Part shown: one piece after another, positions 20,992 to 31,065 of the stretch
How the letters are laid out: each line of letters starts with the position of its first letter
How positions within the stretch are numbered: position 1 is the stretch's first letter
Position numbers and translations under genes: made by a program
Notes under the pieces: model-generated
What the model saw: the letters and a program-made list of their open reading frames with translations, nothing else
Databases searched by the model: none
What the model was told of the DNA's origin: nothing
From: Gemmatimonadales bacterium
GTDB lineage: Bacteria > Gemmatimonadota > Gemmatimonadetes > Gemmatimonadales > GWC2-71-9
Direction of reading: 5' to 3'
Assembly (NCBI GenBank): GCA_035763805.1
Contig: DASUAL010000109.1
Location: forward strand, 2,191-66,190
DNA length: 64,000 nt

Positions 20992-21695
20992 CGTGCTCCG
21001 AAGACGATCTGCCGGCCGTAGCGCGTGAAGACTCGGGCCACGCGCCAGGTGTCGCCCCAGTGTCGGAAGTGGCTCTGGCGTCCTTCGTAGACCGTGGCGA
21101 CCGGGATGGAGCGAACCGTGAGCCCCCGCGTGAGCGCTGCCAGCAGGAACGCCGTCTCGAAGTCGTAGCGCTCCTCGCGCGGCCGGATCGTTTCGGCCGC
21201 CCGGCGCGATAGGGCCCGAAACCCCGTCTGGGCATCCGGCACCGCCCGGCCGCCGATCCGCGACGTCAGGGCCGCCGAGACCCAGTTGCTGCAGCGCCGG
21301 CTGAGCGGCATCGCCCCGGTGCGCGCCCGCGCGCCCAGCACCAGATCCGCCTCCCTTCCCCGCACGGGCGCGACGAGCCGTGGGATGTCCTCCGGGGGGT
21401 GCTGCCCGTCGGCGTCCAACGTCACGATGATCTGCGCGCCCTCCGCGAGCGCCCGGGCGAAGCCGGTGCGGAGGGCCGCTCCCTTGCCGAGGTTGCGCGA
21501 GTGGACCACCACGATCGCCCCCCGCTCCCGTGCCTGCTCCACCGTGTCGTCGTTCGACCCGTCGTCAACAACGTACACGGTCGCCCCAGGGATCGCACGG
21601 CGCGTCCGGGCGACGACGGCGGCGACGGTGGCGGCGGCCCGGTAGGCGGGTATGACGACGGCGACCCGAGCGGGTGCGTCAACGTGCCCCGGCAT
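20988..21695 (-). CDS. GT2 family glycosyltransferase
   Basis: VAVVIPAYRAAATV and VYVVDDGSNDDT motifs. I used ATG 21695; track start 21746 lies inside the MerR gene. Confidence 0.75.
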   Translation of the reverse strand: MPGHVDAPARVAVVIPAYRAAATVAAVVARTRRAIPGATVYVVDDGSNDDTVEQARERGAIVVVHSRNLGKGAALRTGFARALAEGAQIIVTLDADGQHPPEDIPRLVAPVRGREADLVLGARARTGAMPLSRRCSNWVSAALTSRIGGRAVPDAQTGFRALSRRAAETIRPREERYDFETAFLLAALTRGLTVRSIPVATVYEGRQSHFRHWGDTWRVARVFTRYGRQIVFGAR

Positions 21696-22062
21696 TGGGC
21701 GACGTGGTGCCCTCGAGAATGGCGAGGATCGACTTGAGGTCCGCACGCAGATCTTTCACCGTCTGAGTGGCGAGCGCCCGGCGCGCCTCGGGCTTCAGCT
21801 CGCCGGAGCGCCGGTATTGCTCGATCTTCTGGCGCGCCCCCTCGATCGTGTACTTCTCGGTGTACAGCAGGTGCTTCACCAACATGATCAGTTCGATCTC
21901 GCGGCGCTGGTAGACGCGATTCCCCGAGCGGTTCTTAGCGGGGTTCAAGAACCGAAACTGGCTCTCCCAGTAGCGCAGCACGTGCGGCTTCAGGTCGGTC
22001 AACTGGCAGACCTCGCCGATGGAGAAGAACTCCTGGACGGGATGGGGATGCGGGACGCTCAT
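21679..22062 (-). CDS. MerR-family transcriptional regulator
   Basis: HTH FSIGEVCQLTDLKPHVLRYWESQF followed by a coiled-coil tail. ATG 22062 overlaps the gpsA TGA (ATGA). Confidence 0.8.
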   Translation of the reverse strand: MSVPHPHPVQEFFSIGEVCQLTDLKPHVLRYWESQFRFLNPAKNRSGNRVYQRREIELIMLVKHLLYTEKYTIEGARQKIEQYRRSGELKPEARRALATQTVKDLRADLKSILAILEGTTSPNAGAR

Positions 22063-23075
22063 CGTGCTTCCACCCCCCACTGCTCCGCCTTGAGCTCGCG
22101 CTCCATCAGGTCCGCGACCGCCTGGCGGGGCGACTTGCCCTCGAAGAGCACCTCGGCCACCTGCTGGGCAATTGGCAACTCCACCCCGTGCTGCCGCGCC
22201 AGCGTCACCGCCGCGCGGGCGGTGTTCACGCCTTCGGCCACGGTGGCGCGGCCGGCGAGCGCCTCGGCGAGCATCTTCCCCTGTCCCAGCTCCACGCCGA
22301 GCGAGCGGTTGCGCGACAGCGGCCCCGTCGCTGTGAGGACCAAATCCCCCATCCCGGCGAGCCCGGCGAACGTGGCGGGCTCGGCGCCGAGCGCCACCCC
22401 CAGCCGCGAGATCTCGGCGAGCCCGCGGGTGATCAGCGCGGCTCGCGTGTTGTGGCCCAGGCCCAGTCCCTCCAGGATGCCCGCCGCGAGCGCGATCACG
22501 TTCTTGAGCGCCCCGCCCAGCTCCACCCCGAGCACGTCAGTGTGGGAGTACACCCGGAAGTAGTTGGTCACGAACACCTGTTGCACCCGCTGTGCCACGG
22601 CGTGGTCCCTGGCCGCCGCCACTACGGCCGTCGGCTGCCGCTGGTACACCTCGCGCGCGAACGACGGGCCGGACAGCACGGCGATCGGCGTGCCTGAAGG
22701 GAGCACCTCACCGAGGACGCATGACATGGTTTGGAGCCGTTCCGGCTCCAGGCCCTTGGACACGCTGACCACTGTGGCCCCGCGCGTAAGCGCGGGAGTG
22801 ACGCGTGCCATCACATCCCGGACCACGTGCGACGGCGCCGATGACACCACTACGTCCGCCCCGCGCACCGTCTCGCCCAGAGCGCCGCTCGCCCGCAGCG
22901 TCGGGCCGAGCGGCGCTCCCGGGAGGAACACGTGGTTCACGTGCTCGCGGTTGATGCTCTCGACCACGTCCGGCTCCCGCGCCCAGACGGTGACCGACTC
23001 GAACCCACCTTTGCGGGCGAGCAGGTCCGCAAGCGCTGTACCCCAGGCGCCACCGCCGATGACGGCGACTTTCAC
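22059..23075 (-). CDS. gpsA: NAD(P)H-dependent glycerol-3-phosphate dehydrogenase
   Basis: The conserved N-terminus VKVAVIGGGAWGTALA begins at GTG 23075, preceded by GAGGGCGAG (SD-like). Track start 23186 runs through a repeat array. Confidence 0.9.
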   Translation of the reverse strand: MKVAVIGGGAWGTALADLLARKGGFESVTVWAREPDVVESINREHVNHVFLPGAPLGPTLRASGALGETVRGADVVVSSAPSHVVRDVMARVTPALTRGATVVSVSKGLEPERLQTMSCVLGEVLPSGTPIAVLSGPSFAREVYQRQPTAVVAAARDHAVAQRVQQVFVTNYFRVYSHTDVLGVELGGALKNVIALAAGILEGLGLGHNTRAALITRGLAEISRLGVALGAEPATFAGLAGMGDLVLTATGPLSRNRSLGVELGQGKMLAEALAGRATVAEGVNTARAAVTLARQHGVELPIAQQVAEVLFEGKSPRQAVADLMERELKAEQWGVEAR

Positions 23076-23163
23076 CTCGCCCTCGCGCCCAACCCAATTG
23101 CGGGATTTGCGGGCGAGCTTCGATCCCGTAGGCCCGCCTTCGTGTTCGACGGTCGCACGATCA

Positions 23164-23198
23164 ATTCCGCATTCCGCATTCGGCATTCCGCATTCCGC
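23164..23198. repeat. Heptamer tandem array (ATTCCGC) x5, third unit ATTCGGC
   Basis: Read directly from the sequence. The array abuts the plsY stop codon (23199-23201) and lies 88 nt upstream of the gpsA start. Related ATTGCGG (23097-23103) and ATTTGCGG (23105-23112) occur in the same spacer. Confidence 0.9.
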
Positions 23199-23816
23199 TC
23201 ACGCCGCAACCCCTTTCCGCGTCCGGAACCGGTTCTCCGTCCCCTCCCTGAGCCGCCCGATGTTCGCCCGGTGCGAATAGGCGATGAGCACCGCCAGCGC
23301 CACGGCCGCCCAGAACGTGGGTGGTTGGGAGGGCTCCGTCAGTCGCACCCAGAGCGGAAACAGCACGGCGACGACGAGGGAGGCCACGGAGACGTAGCCG
23401 GACAACCAGAGCGTGACGAGCCAAATCGGAATCGAGATCGCGACTGCGAGCGGCGCGAGCGCGAGGAACACCCCCGCGGTTGTCGCCACGCCCTTCCCGC
23501 CCCTGAAGCGCACATAGGGCGAGAACATGTGACCGAGCACTGCGGCGATGCCGAGCGCCACGGTGAACCAGCCAGGACCGTTCGACCACGGCGCCAGGAT
23601 CTTTACGGGGATGACCCCCTTGGCGATGTCGATCAGCGCGACCGGGATTGCGTACTTCCACCCGAGCACGCGGTACACGTTTGTGGCGCCGAGGTTCTTC
23701 GAGCCGTGCTCGCGCAGGTCGATCCTGCGGCCGAGCCGTCCCGCGAGGTAGCTCGTCGGCGTCGCGCCGATCAAGTACGCGAGCAGGACCATGATGACGA
23801 GCCCGGCGTCGTTCAT
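23199..23816 (-). CDS. plsY: Glycerol-3-phosphate acyltransferase PlsY
   Basis: MNDAGLVIMVLLAYLIGATPTSYL, HGSKNLGATNV and RFRGGKGVAT motifs. The ATG overlaps the der stop. Confidence 0.9.
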   Translation of the reverse strand: MNDAGLVIMVLLAYLIGATPTSYLAGRLGRRIDLREHGSKNLGATNVYRVLGWKYAIPVALIDIAKGVIPVKILAPWSNGPGWFTVALGIAAVLGHMFSPYVRFRGGKGVATTAGVFLALAPLAVAISIPIWLVTLWLSGYVSVASLVVAVLFPLWVRLTEPSQPPTFWAAVALAVLIAYSHRANIGRLREGTENRFRTRKGVAA

Positions 23817-25147
23817 CGGTGGGCGGCTTGCTCCCGCTTGCGGCGGAACTTGATGGTCACGGGCGAACCGGTGAACCGCCACGCCGCGCGGAAGCCGTTC
23901 AGGAGGTAGCGGGTGTACGACTCGGGAATGGCCTCGGGGCGGTTCGACACGATGGCGAAGCGGGGCGGCGCGGTGCCGATCTGGGACGCGTAGAGCAGGC
24001 GCACCGACTCGCCGACCGGCTGGGGCGGCTGCTGGCGATCCACAAGGGCCTCGAGCACCTCGTTCACCTCGTGCGTGGGTATCCGCTTCTCGCGCTCTCC
24101 GGCGACCTCGAGGATCAGCTCGGGCAACCCGCTAACTCGTTGGCCGGTCTTCGCCGACACGTACGTGAACGGGAGGAATTCGAGGAACGGCGCGCGCGCC
24201 ACGAGCTCCCGTTCCCCTCGGGCCGCGGTGTTCGCATCCTTCTCTTCGATCAGATCCCATTTGTTCACCGCGATGATGAGCGCCGCTCCCTGCTCCCACG
24301 CCTCGTTCGCGATCTTCAGGTCCTGCGCGTGCAGCCCGTCCTTCGCGTCCACCACGAGCACACACACGTCGGCGCGCTCGATGGCGCGCGCGGTGCGGAG
24401 CGTCGCATAGAACTCGATGTCGTCCTCGACCTTGCCGCGCTTGCGCAGGCCGGCGGTGTCGATGAACACCAGGGTACGACCCTTGTAGCGCAGCGGCGTG
24501 TCGATGGCATCGCGCGTGGTGCCCGGCTCGTCCGTTACGACCAGCCGGTCCCTACCCAGCAGGCGGTTCACGAGGCTCGATTTGCCGACGTTGGGACGCC
24601 CCACGACGGCCACGTGGATCGCCGCCTCTTCCGCCGCCGCCGGGGCGGCGGGCAACAGCTCGACGATCCGGTCGAGCAGGTCGCCCGAGCTCTTCCCCAC
24701 CGCCGCCGAGACAGGGAACGGATCGCCCAGCCCCAACTCGTAGAACACGAGATGCCGCGTGTCCTCGGGCAGCCGGTCGGCCTTGTTAGCCACAAGGATC
24801 ACGGGCCGCTCGGCCTTGCGCAGGAACTCCGCGATGGCGAGGTCGGCCGGGTGCACCCCTGCCTCCACGTCGACCAGGAACAGCACCACGTCGCTCTCGG
24901 CAACCGCCATCTCGACCTGCGCGCGGATCGCCCGGTTGAGCTGGTCCTTGGCCTGGGGAATCAGCCCACCCGTATCCACGAGCCAGAACCGCCGCCCGTT
25001 CCACTCCGCCGCGCCGAAGTGCCGATCCCGGGTCACCCCCGGGCGCTCATCCACGATCGCCTCGCGCCCGCCGATGAAGCGATTGAATAACGTTGACTTG
25101 CCGACGTTGGGGCGACCGATGATGGCCACCGTCGGAGCGCTCTTCAC
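23813..25147 (-). CDS. der: Ribosome-biogenesis GTPase Der (EngA)
   Basis: Two tandem GTPase domains (GRPNVGKST twice; NKAD and NKWD) plus a KH-like C-terminus. Confidence 0.95.
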   Translation of the reverse strand: MKSAPTVAIIGRPNVGKSTLFNRFIGGREAIVDERPGVTRDRHFGAAEWNGRRFWLVDTGGLIPQAKDQLNRAIRAQVEMAVAESDVVLFLVDVEAGVHPADLAIAEFLRKAERPVILVANKADRLPEDTRHLVFYELGLGDPFPVSAAVGKSSGDLLDRIVELLPAAPAAAEEAAIHVAVVGRPNVGKSSLVNRLLGRDRLVVTDEPGTTRDAIDTPLRYKGRTLVFIDTAGLRKRGKVEDDIEFYATLRTARAIERADVCVLVVDAKDGLHAQDLKIANEAWEQGAALIIAVNKWDLIEEKDANTAARGERELVARAPFLEFLPFTYVSAKTGQRVSGLPELILEVAGEREKRIPTHEVNEVLEALVDRQQPPQPVGESVRLLYASQIGTAPPRFAIVSNRPEAIPESYTRYLLNGFRAAWRFTGSPVTIKFRRKREQAAHR

Positions 25148-26424
25148 GCGAGGACGGCCCCTTCCGTCAGCGCGTCTGCGAAGTCGTGCGACAGGCGGAT
25201 CGGCAGCGGGAGGCGATCGGCCAGGGCGTGCGCCTCCACGCCGTCCACGAAGAGCCCGTCGTCGTTCACGGCCTCCGCCGGGAGCAGCGCAAAGTCCAAA
25301 CCGCGCCGGTCGCGCAGGGCGTGCTCGATCGCCCCGCCGGGCAAGAGCCCCGCCGTCGTGACGGACGGCCCGAACAGCGTGTTCTCGACCACCAGGAGCT
25401 CGAAACGCGCTCTCGTCGCCCCCGCCACCTCTTCGAGCACTTGCGGCATCAGAGCTCCCATCGCAGTGCCGGTCACTACGCCGACTCGCTTGCCCCCGAG
25501 GTCCGGAAGTCGGTCCCGCGCCGCCGCGATCCGGGTCTGGAGGTAGCGCACGGAGCCCACGCCGTTCTCGCGCTGCTCGAACTCACCATACCACGCGGCA
25601 GGCGGCAGTGCGACGCCCGCGTGCAGATAGAGATCGTCCGCCCCGAAGCACCACGGAAATCCCCGCTCGGCGAGGGCGCGCGCCGCAAGGCGGTCCACCG
25701 TCGCCAGCGCCGCCCGGCACTCCTGCCGCGTGAGCTCGCGCACGAGGTGGCGTTTTGAGAACTCGGTGAGCGCCACCGGAACCACAGACACCGACAGGAT
25801 CGCCCTTCCCAGGCCGTACAGGTCGGTGAGGGTGCGCACCAGCTCCGGGCCATCGTTCACGCCCGGAACGAGCACTACCTGGGTGTGGAACGCGATGCCC
25901 TGGTCCGCGAGGGTCCGCAGCTGGGAGACGATCTCTGGCGCCTCGGGGTTGCGAAGCAGCCAGCGCCGGATGATCAGGTCGGATGCGTGCACCGAGACGT
26001 ACAGCGGCGACAGCCGGTACTCCACGATCCGCTCCACGTCTCGTGCCTTGAGATTCGTGAGCGTGGCGAAGTTGCCGTACCGGAATGAGAGCCGATAGTC
26101 GTCGTCGCGGATGTAGAGCGGCGCTCGGAGTCCGCCAGGGTTGCCGTCCACAAAGCAGAAGTCGCAGTGGTTCCCGCAACGCCTGATGCGCGGCGGCTCG
26201 AGGGTGACGCCCATCGGGAGTCCCTCCGGACGCTCGATGTCGTACTCCATCTCCTCCCCCGACGGGAGTCGCGCCGACAAGACGAACCGGTCGTCCGCCG
26301 TGAGGAACTCCCAGTCGAGGAAGTCCTTCAGGGCGCGGTCGTTCACCGCGACCAGCTGCGTTCCCGGGACGAGACCTACCATTGCGCCGAGCGACCCCGG
26401 CGCCACCGCCTGCACACGAACCAC
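25144..26424 (-). CDS. DUF512 protein (PDZ plus radical-SAM-like core)
   Basis: N-terminal PDZ-like segment, CGNHCDFCF cysteine motif, and the DUF512-type position immediately upstream of der. Confidence 0.75.
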   Translation of the reverse strand: MVRVQAVAPGSLGAMVGLVPGTQLVAVNDRALKDFLDWEFLTADDRFVLSARLPSGEEMEYDIERPEGLPMGVTLEPPRIRRCGNHCDFCFVDGNPGGLRAPLYIRDDDYRLSFRYGNFATLTNLKARDVERIVEYRLSPLYVSVHASDLIIRRWLLRNPEAPEIVSQLRTLADQGIAFHTQVVLVPGVNDGPELVRTLTDLYGLGRAILSVSVVPVALTEFSKRHLVRELTRQECRAALATVDRLAARALAERGFPWCFGADDLYLHAGVALPPAAWYGEFEQRENGVGSVRYLQTRIAAARDRLPDLGGKRVGVVTGTAMGALMPQVLEEVAGATRARFELLVVENTLFGPSVTTAGLLPGGAIEHALRDRRGLDFALLPAEAVNDDGLFVDGVEAHALADRLPLPIRLSHDFADALTEGAVLA

Positions 26425-26513
26425 CGCGCCTACCTGGACTTCAAGGACTTTGTGAGGCCTAACGTTGCAACCTCAACGCAGGCTGGCACTTCCGTCGAGC
26501 TGTAGAATATCAC

Positions 26514-28154
26514 TCAGGAACCGCGGTAGCGCCAGCCGGCGATCCCCTTGCCGCTGACCTTGAGATCGATCTGGCTCTTGTCGCGAGGCGAGATGGCGGG
26601 GACGTCCCGGGTTGCACTCACGACCACCTGGCCCCGGGGGTCCAGGAACTCGACGGTGAGCTGGAAAGGCTTGGAGGGAGCGGGCTTGAGATTCGTCGCA
26701 AGCAGGGTGATCGCGGCTCCCCCAGAGTCGGGGAGGAAGCTCGAAACGGTCAGCTCCACTGCGATCCCGGAGTCGGCGCGGGCAACGTACTTCAGGGTCG
26801 AGTCGCGCTGGCCCCGCAGGTCCCAGGCCGCCGCCACTAGCTTGATCGAGGCGCGGTTGAGCGGGTCGAGGGCCGCGAGGCGCTGGGCGACGGGGAGGAG
26901 ATTGGCGGAGTCGCGCAGCTGGTAGTATCCGACTCCCAGCGCGTACAGCGCGTCCCGGCGATAGGGATTCTTCTGAAGCCCCACCGCGAACGCTCGTGTG
27001 CCCGCCTCGAACAGTCCCTGGCTCGAGAGTCGCTGGCCAGCAGCGAAGAGTGCTTCCGGATCGAGGCTCTGGGCGTGGGCGGCGATGGTGTCGAACACCG
27101 CGGTGGCCTCCGCCGCCCGCCCACTCTGGGCGTACAGCGTCGCGAGCGATGTGGCTGCGTCGATCGCGCCGGGATAGGCCGCCAGATACGCGCGCAGCGC
27201 CTCGATAGCCGGGGCGTAGGCCGACCGGAGTTGCACGCTGTCCGCTGCTATCTGCTGAAGCACGGCCGCCCGTGCGGCCTTCGCTTGCACAACGGCCTGC
27301 GTCCGGGCGGTCGAGTCCTTCGTGAACGTCTGCTGGTCCGCCGGCGCGAGCCGCCGGCCGCGCGCCTTGCGCGACTGCGCCGAGGCGATCATTCTGGCGA
27401 GGACGGTCGAGTCGTTCGCGAGTGCGCGCTCGATCGAATCCACGCGCTGTCGCAGCCGTCCGTACTGCTGTGCCGCGGGATCATTCTGGGCACGGCCAAA
27501 GAGGATCCTGGCGGCGTTGCCCAGCGCTTCCCTCTTGTCCCTCTCGAAAGCGGTATCGTTCCCCGCAGCCTCGGCCGTGCGGCGGTAGTAGACGAGCGCC
27601 GAGTCGTACTTGTCCTCGCTTGCGAACAAGCCGGCGAGCGCGATCAGCGCTTTTGGGTTGCCCGGCTGCAGTCGCGATGCCAGGTGAAACAGCACGGCTG
27701 CCGAGTCCGCTCGCCCCTCCTGCCACGCCGCCAGGCCCGCGTTGAGCGTAGTCGCCCACAGCCGCTGGCGGTAGCCATCGATGTCCTGCCCGCACGGCGG
27801 AGCCAGAGCGACTGCGCGGCTGAACGCGCTGTCCGCACCCACGGCGTCGTTCGCTTCGAAGTAGTAGCGGCCGAGGTAGTACCAGGCGGCTGGGTTCTTG
27901 CCCTGGTCATTCTGTATGATCGCCTCCGTCAGGACCCGGCGCGCCTGCTCAAGCTGCTGGTCGCGCTGGGTCGGCTTTTCGGCAGCCGTCTTGAGATACA
28001 GGATCCCACCGTTGACCTTGAAGTGGCCCGGGCGGATATCGCAGGGTGCTTGAGGCGTGACCCATTGGCCTTGGGCCGAGAGGGGCGCGGCGAGCGGTCC
28101 CCCGACGAGGCAGGACACTGTCAGGCAAGACGCAGCCAGGGCCGCGGCCTTCAT
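26514..28154 (-). CDS. Secreted TPR-repeat protein (paralog 1)
   Basis: Signal peptide MKAAALAASCLTVSCLVGGPLAAPLSAQ, NPAAWYYLGRYY and TPR-like repeats, and a beta-rich C-terminus ending GIAGWRYRGS. Paralogous to 28277-29857. Confidence 0.8.
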   Translation of the reverse strand: MKAAALAASCLTVSCLVGGPLAAPLSAQGQWVTPQAPCDIRPGHFKVNGGILYLKTAAEKPTQRDQQLEQARRVLTEAIIQNDQGKNPAAWYYLGRYYFEANDAVGADSAFSRAVALAPPCGQDIDGYRQRLWATTLNAGLAAWQEGRADSAAVLFHLASRLQPGNPKALIALAGLFASEDKYDSALVYYRRTAEAAGNDTAFERDKREALGNAARILFGRAQNDPAAQQYGRLRQRVDSIERALANDSTVLARMIASAQSRKARGRRLAPADQQTFTKDSTARTQAVVQAKAARAAVLQQIAADSVQLRSAYAPAIEALRAYLAAYPGAIDAATSLATLYAQSGRAAEATAVFDTIAAHAQSLDPEALFAAGQRLSSQGLFEAGTRAFAVGLQKNPYRRDALYALGVGYYQLRDSANLLPVAQRLAALDPLNRASIKLVAAAWDLRGQRDSTLKYVARADSGIAVELTVSSFLPDSGGAAITLLATNLKPAPSKPFQLTVEFLDPRGQVVVSATRDVPAISPRDKSQIDLKVSGKGIAGWRYRGS

Positions 28155-28157
28155 GAG

Positions 28158-28229
<72 letters not shown>

Positions 28230-28276
28230 AGGACGGAGCGGAGTGCCGCGCGACAGTCCGCTCCTGCTCGGTAAAG

Positions 28277-29857
28277 CTACGACCTCCTGTACCTCCAGGC
28301 AACGATTCCTGCCCCGGTCACCTTGATCTCGAACGCCTGGTTGCTGCTCGCGTCGAGCGCGGGGACGTCCTGCTTCTGCGACGCGACCACATCGCCCTTG
28401 GGGCTCAGGAACTCGAAGGTGATCGCCGTCGGCGAGCTGGGCTGGGCCTTGACGTTCGTCCACAGACCGTCGAGCTTCGCGCCGCTCTCGTTCGGAGTGA
28501 AACTGCCCACCGTCACCTCGACCGGAATCGCCTCGGCCACCTGGAGATAGTACAGCGTCGAATCCTTGTTCCCCTTCAACTGCCACGCCCCAGCGAGCTT
28601 GGCTAGCGTCGTGCGGTTCAGCGGATCCACCGCGTGGAGCCGCTGCGCCAGCGGCAGCACGTTCGCCGAGTCGCCGAGCAGGTAGTAGACACCTCCGAGG
28701 TTGTACAGCGCCTGGCGCTCGTAGGGGTTTTTCGCGAGGCCAGCCTCGTAGGCCCGCGCCACCAGGCGATACTGGGGAGCGATCGTCGCCCGGTGGCTCC
28801 TGATGACGGAATCGGTCGTCGCCTGACACTTGACGGCCACCTGCCGCGCGGTCAGCGTCCGGTTCTTCGCCCGGATGTTCGTCCGGCACTTGCTGCCGAT
28901 CGGCGCCGTGTCGGGCTCCGCGGGAACCGAGTTCAGGATCGCGTGAGCGGCCGCGAACAGGTCTCCGGCCTCGGCGGCGTCGGCGTGGTCGAGGATCCTC
29001 GTGTACAGCGCCTGCGCCTCGGACTGGTTGTCCTGCTGCGAGTACACGGCAGCCAGCCCGGCCATCGCCTGCACGTCGCTGGGGTAGACGGCGAGGTAGT
29101 CCTTGTAACCGGCCGCCGCCTCATCCCAGCGCTGCGCCGCGTGATACACACGTCCCACGTTGAACAGCGCGTCGCGTTTCTGCTGCGCGTACTGCGTATC
29201 GCGGGCCGCGGGCACGGCGAGCCTGAAGTACTTCGCCGCCGAGTCCGTGCGAGTTGCAAACACAATTGAATCTCTGCGGTATCTCACTGAGTCCGTCTGT
29301 CGGAGCGAGGAGTCAGGGGTTTCACGACTGGCGAAGAGGGTTGCCAAGTAGACGAACCCGGTCGGCTCGCCATCGTAGATAGCGTTGGCTTGCCGGAAGC
29401 TCGCGATGGCGGAGTCTGTGTTCCCGGCCTGCCACGCCTTCACACCCTCGTTGAACACCGGCACCCAGAAGGCGCGTCGCCAGCCCGCGATGTCTTCCTG
29501 ACATTGCGGAGCAAGCGCGGCGGCCTTCGTCAACGCCGTATCGGCGCCGGCGAGGTCGCTGCGCATGGCGTAATAGCGACCGAGGTAGTACCAGGCGGCT
29601 GGGTTCTTTTCCTGCCCCCCCGTGGTGACGGCCTGCGTGAGCACCCGCTGCGCATCCTTCAAATCCCGTTGCCGCTTGTCCTCGAACTTCGTTTCGGAGG
29701 CGCTCTTCAGGTACAGCACTCCGCTGTTCACGAGGAAGTGTCCGGGCTTGATGTTGCACCTGGCCGGCGTCCACTGCTGTGCCGCCAACGGGGCGGTACC
29801 GACCCCGACGATCAGAGATACACACACGACAACAGCTTGCTTGACGGTCATTCTCAC
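28277..29857 (-). CDS. Secreted TPR-repeat protein (paralog 2)
   Basis: Signal peptide MRMTVKQAVVVCVSLIVGVGTAPLAAQ. Shares CNIKPGHF, NPAAWYYLGRYY and the C-terminal GIVAWRYRRS with paralog 1. Confidence 0.8.
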   Translation of the reverse strand: MRMTVKQAVVVCVSLIVGVGTAPLAAQQWTPARCNIKPGHFLVNSGVLYLKSASETKFEDKRQRDLKDAQRVLTQAVTTGGQEKNPAAWYYLGRYYAMRSDLAGADTALTKAAALAPQCQEDIAGWRRAFWVPVFNEGVKAWQAGNTDSAIASFRQANAIYDGEPTGFVYLATLFASRETPDSSLRQTDSVRYRRDSIVFATRTDSAAKYFRLAVPAARDTQYAQQKRDALFNVGRVYHAAQRWDEAAAGYKDYLAVYPSDVQAMAGLAAVYSQQDNQSEAQALYTRILDHADAAEAGDLFAAAHAILNSVPAEPDTAPIGSKCRTNIRAKNRTLTARQVAVKCQATTDSVIRSHRATIAPQYRLVARAYEAGLAKNPYERQALYNLGGVYYLLGDSANVLPLAQRLHAVDPLNRTTLAKLAGAWQLKGNKDSTLYYLQVAEAIPVEVTVGSFTPNESGAKLDGLWTNVKAQPSSPTAITFEFLSPKGDVVASQKQDVPALDASSNQAFEIKVTGAGIVAWRYRRS

Positions 29858-31038
29858 CCCTTGGATTTGGCGACGAGCGCCTCTGCGTCGCGCTCCACGA
29901 CACGCGCGATCTCCAGCGGCGGCCGACCCAGGGCTCGAGCCGCCGCCAGGACGTCGTCGTATTCAGGTTTCACCCGGACGCTGCCCGCATCGGGATGCTC
30001 CAACACCTTGACCCGAACGGATACGTCCGGAGACAGCTGCACGGTCACGACGCGGCGCGGCAGCGTCGCCCGCTCCGCCACCCAGCGACGGACGCCCGCC
30101 GTGGTGCTGTGGCGGAACAGCGCCGCGGTCACCTGCTCCGCCAGCTCCTCGGGCGCCAGCACTTCCACGCGGAAGCCTGAGCGCCCCTTCTTCATCTGCA
30201 CTGGCCAGGTCTGCACATCGAGCGCGCCTGCGGCGGCCAGCGCCTGCCGCAGCGGCTCCACGTACTCGGGACTCATGTCGTCGACGTCGGTGGCGAGCAG
30301 GGCCACGCGCCCCGCTTCCGCGACCCGCTCGGCGACGAGGATGCGCAGCGCGTTTGGGTAGTGCTTCGGGTCGCGCTGCCCTGCGCCCCAGCCGCTGCGG
30401 ACCATACGCCAGCGGACCGGCGGCGCGCCCTCCGAGAGCACCCGCAACAGCGCAGCGCCGGTGGGTGTGGTCGCTTCGCTTTCCGCGGGGCCGCCGGACG
30501 CTACTTCCAGCCCCTCGAGTAGGATCGCCGTCGCGGGCGCCGGGACGGGCAGCTTGCCGTGCTCGGCCTCAACCCACCCCTGCCCCACCGCCACGGGCCA
30601 GTTGTAGACCGCCTCGACGCCGAGCTGCTCGAAGCCTTCGATCGCCCCCACCACATCGAGCACCGCGTCCACCGCCCCCACCTCGTGGAGGTGAACCTTG
30701 TCGGGCGGCACGTTGTGCACTCGGCCCTCGGCTTCGCCGATCAACCGGAAGGCGCGCGCGGCGCGCTCCTTCACCCAGTCGGAGACCGGCGCGCGTTCCA
30801 GGAGCCGGACCAGCTCGCCCACGTGGCGACCGTGCGGCTGCGGCGGGATTGCGAACTCGACCTGCGTGCAGCCGACGCCGCAGCGCGAGACTGGCCGCGT
30901 GCTCACGGCAACGCCGCCCAGGCCCAGGCGCCCGGGCAGGCCCTCAAGCCACGCTGCCGGCGCGCCGAGGGAAAGCAGCGCCCCCAGAGTCATATCGCCC
31001 GAGATACCGGCGGCGGGATCGACAATCGCGATGCGCAT
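29854..31038 (-). CDS. larC: LarC-family (DUF111) nickel-insertion protein
   Basis: MRIAIVDPAAGISGDMTLGALLSLG N-terminus typical of LarC/DUF111. No larA, larB or larE in the window. Confidence 0.8.
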   Translation of the reverse strand: MRIAIVDPAAGISGDMTLGALLSLGAPAAWLEGLPGRLGLGGVAVSTRPVSRCGVGCTQVEFAIPPQPHGRHVGELVRLLERAPVSDWVKERAARAFRLIGEAEGRVHNVPPDKVHLHEVGAVDAVLDVVGAIEGFEQLGVEAVYNWPVAVGQGWVEAEHGKLPVPAPATAILLEGLEVASGGPAESEATTPTGAALLRVLSEGAPPVRWRMVRSGWGAGQRDPKHYPNALRILVAERVAEAGRVALLATDVDDMSPEYVEPLRQALAAAGALDVQTWPVQMKKGRSGFRVEVLAPEELAEQVTAALFRHSTTAGVRRWVAERATLPRRVVTVQLSPDVSVRVKVLEHPDAGSVRVKPEYDDVLAAARALGRPPLEIARVVERDAEALVAKSKG

Positions 31039-31065
31039 GCTTAGAAGTCACTGAATATAAATGGG

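Noticed and set aside
26484-26498. TGGCAC-N5-TCGA, a possible sigma-54 -24/-12 promoter (rpoN is in the window)
   Set aside because: The -12 element is TCGA, not TTGC. It also points on the + strand into the antisense of a - strand gene.
31039-31065. AT-rich TTTATATTCAGTGA in the thrC-larC spacer, a possible -10-like promoter element for larC
   Set aside because: It is too close to the ATG and no -35 partner is identifiable. I cannot support a promoter call from sequence alone.
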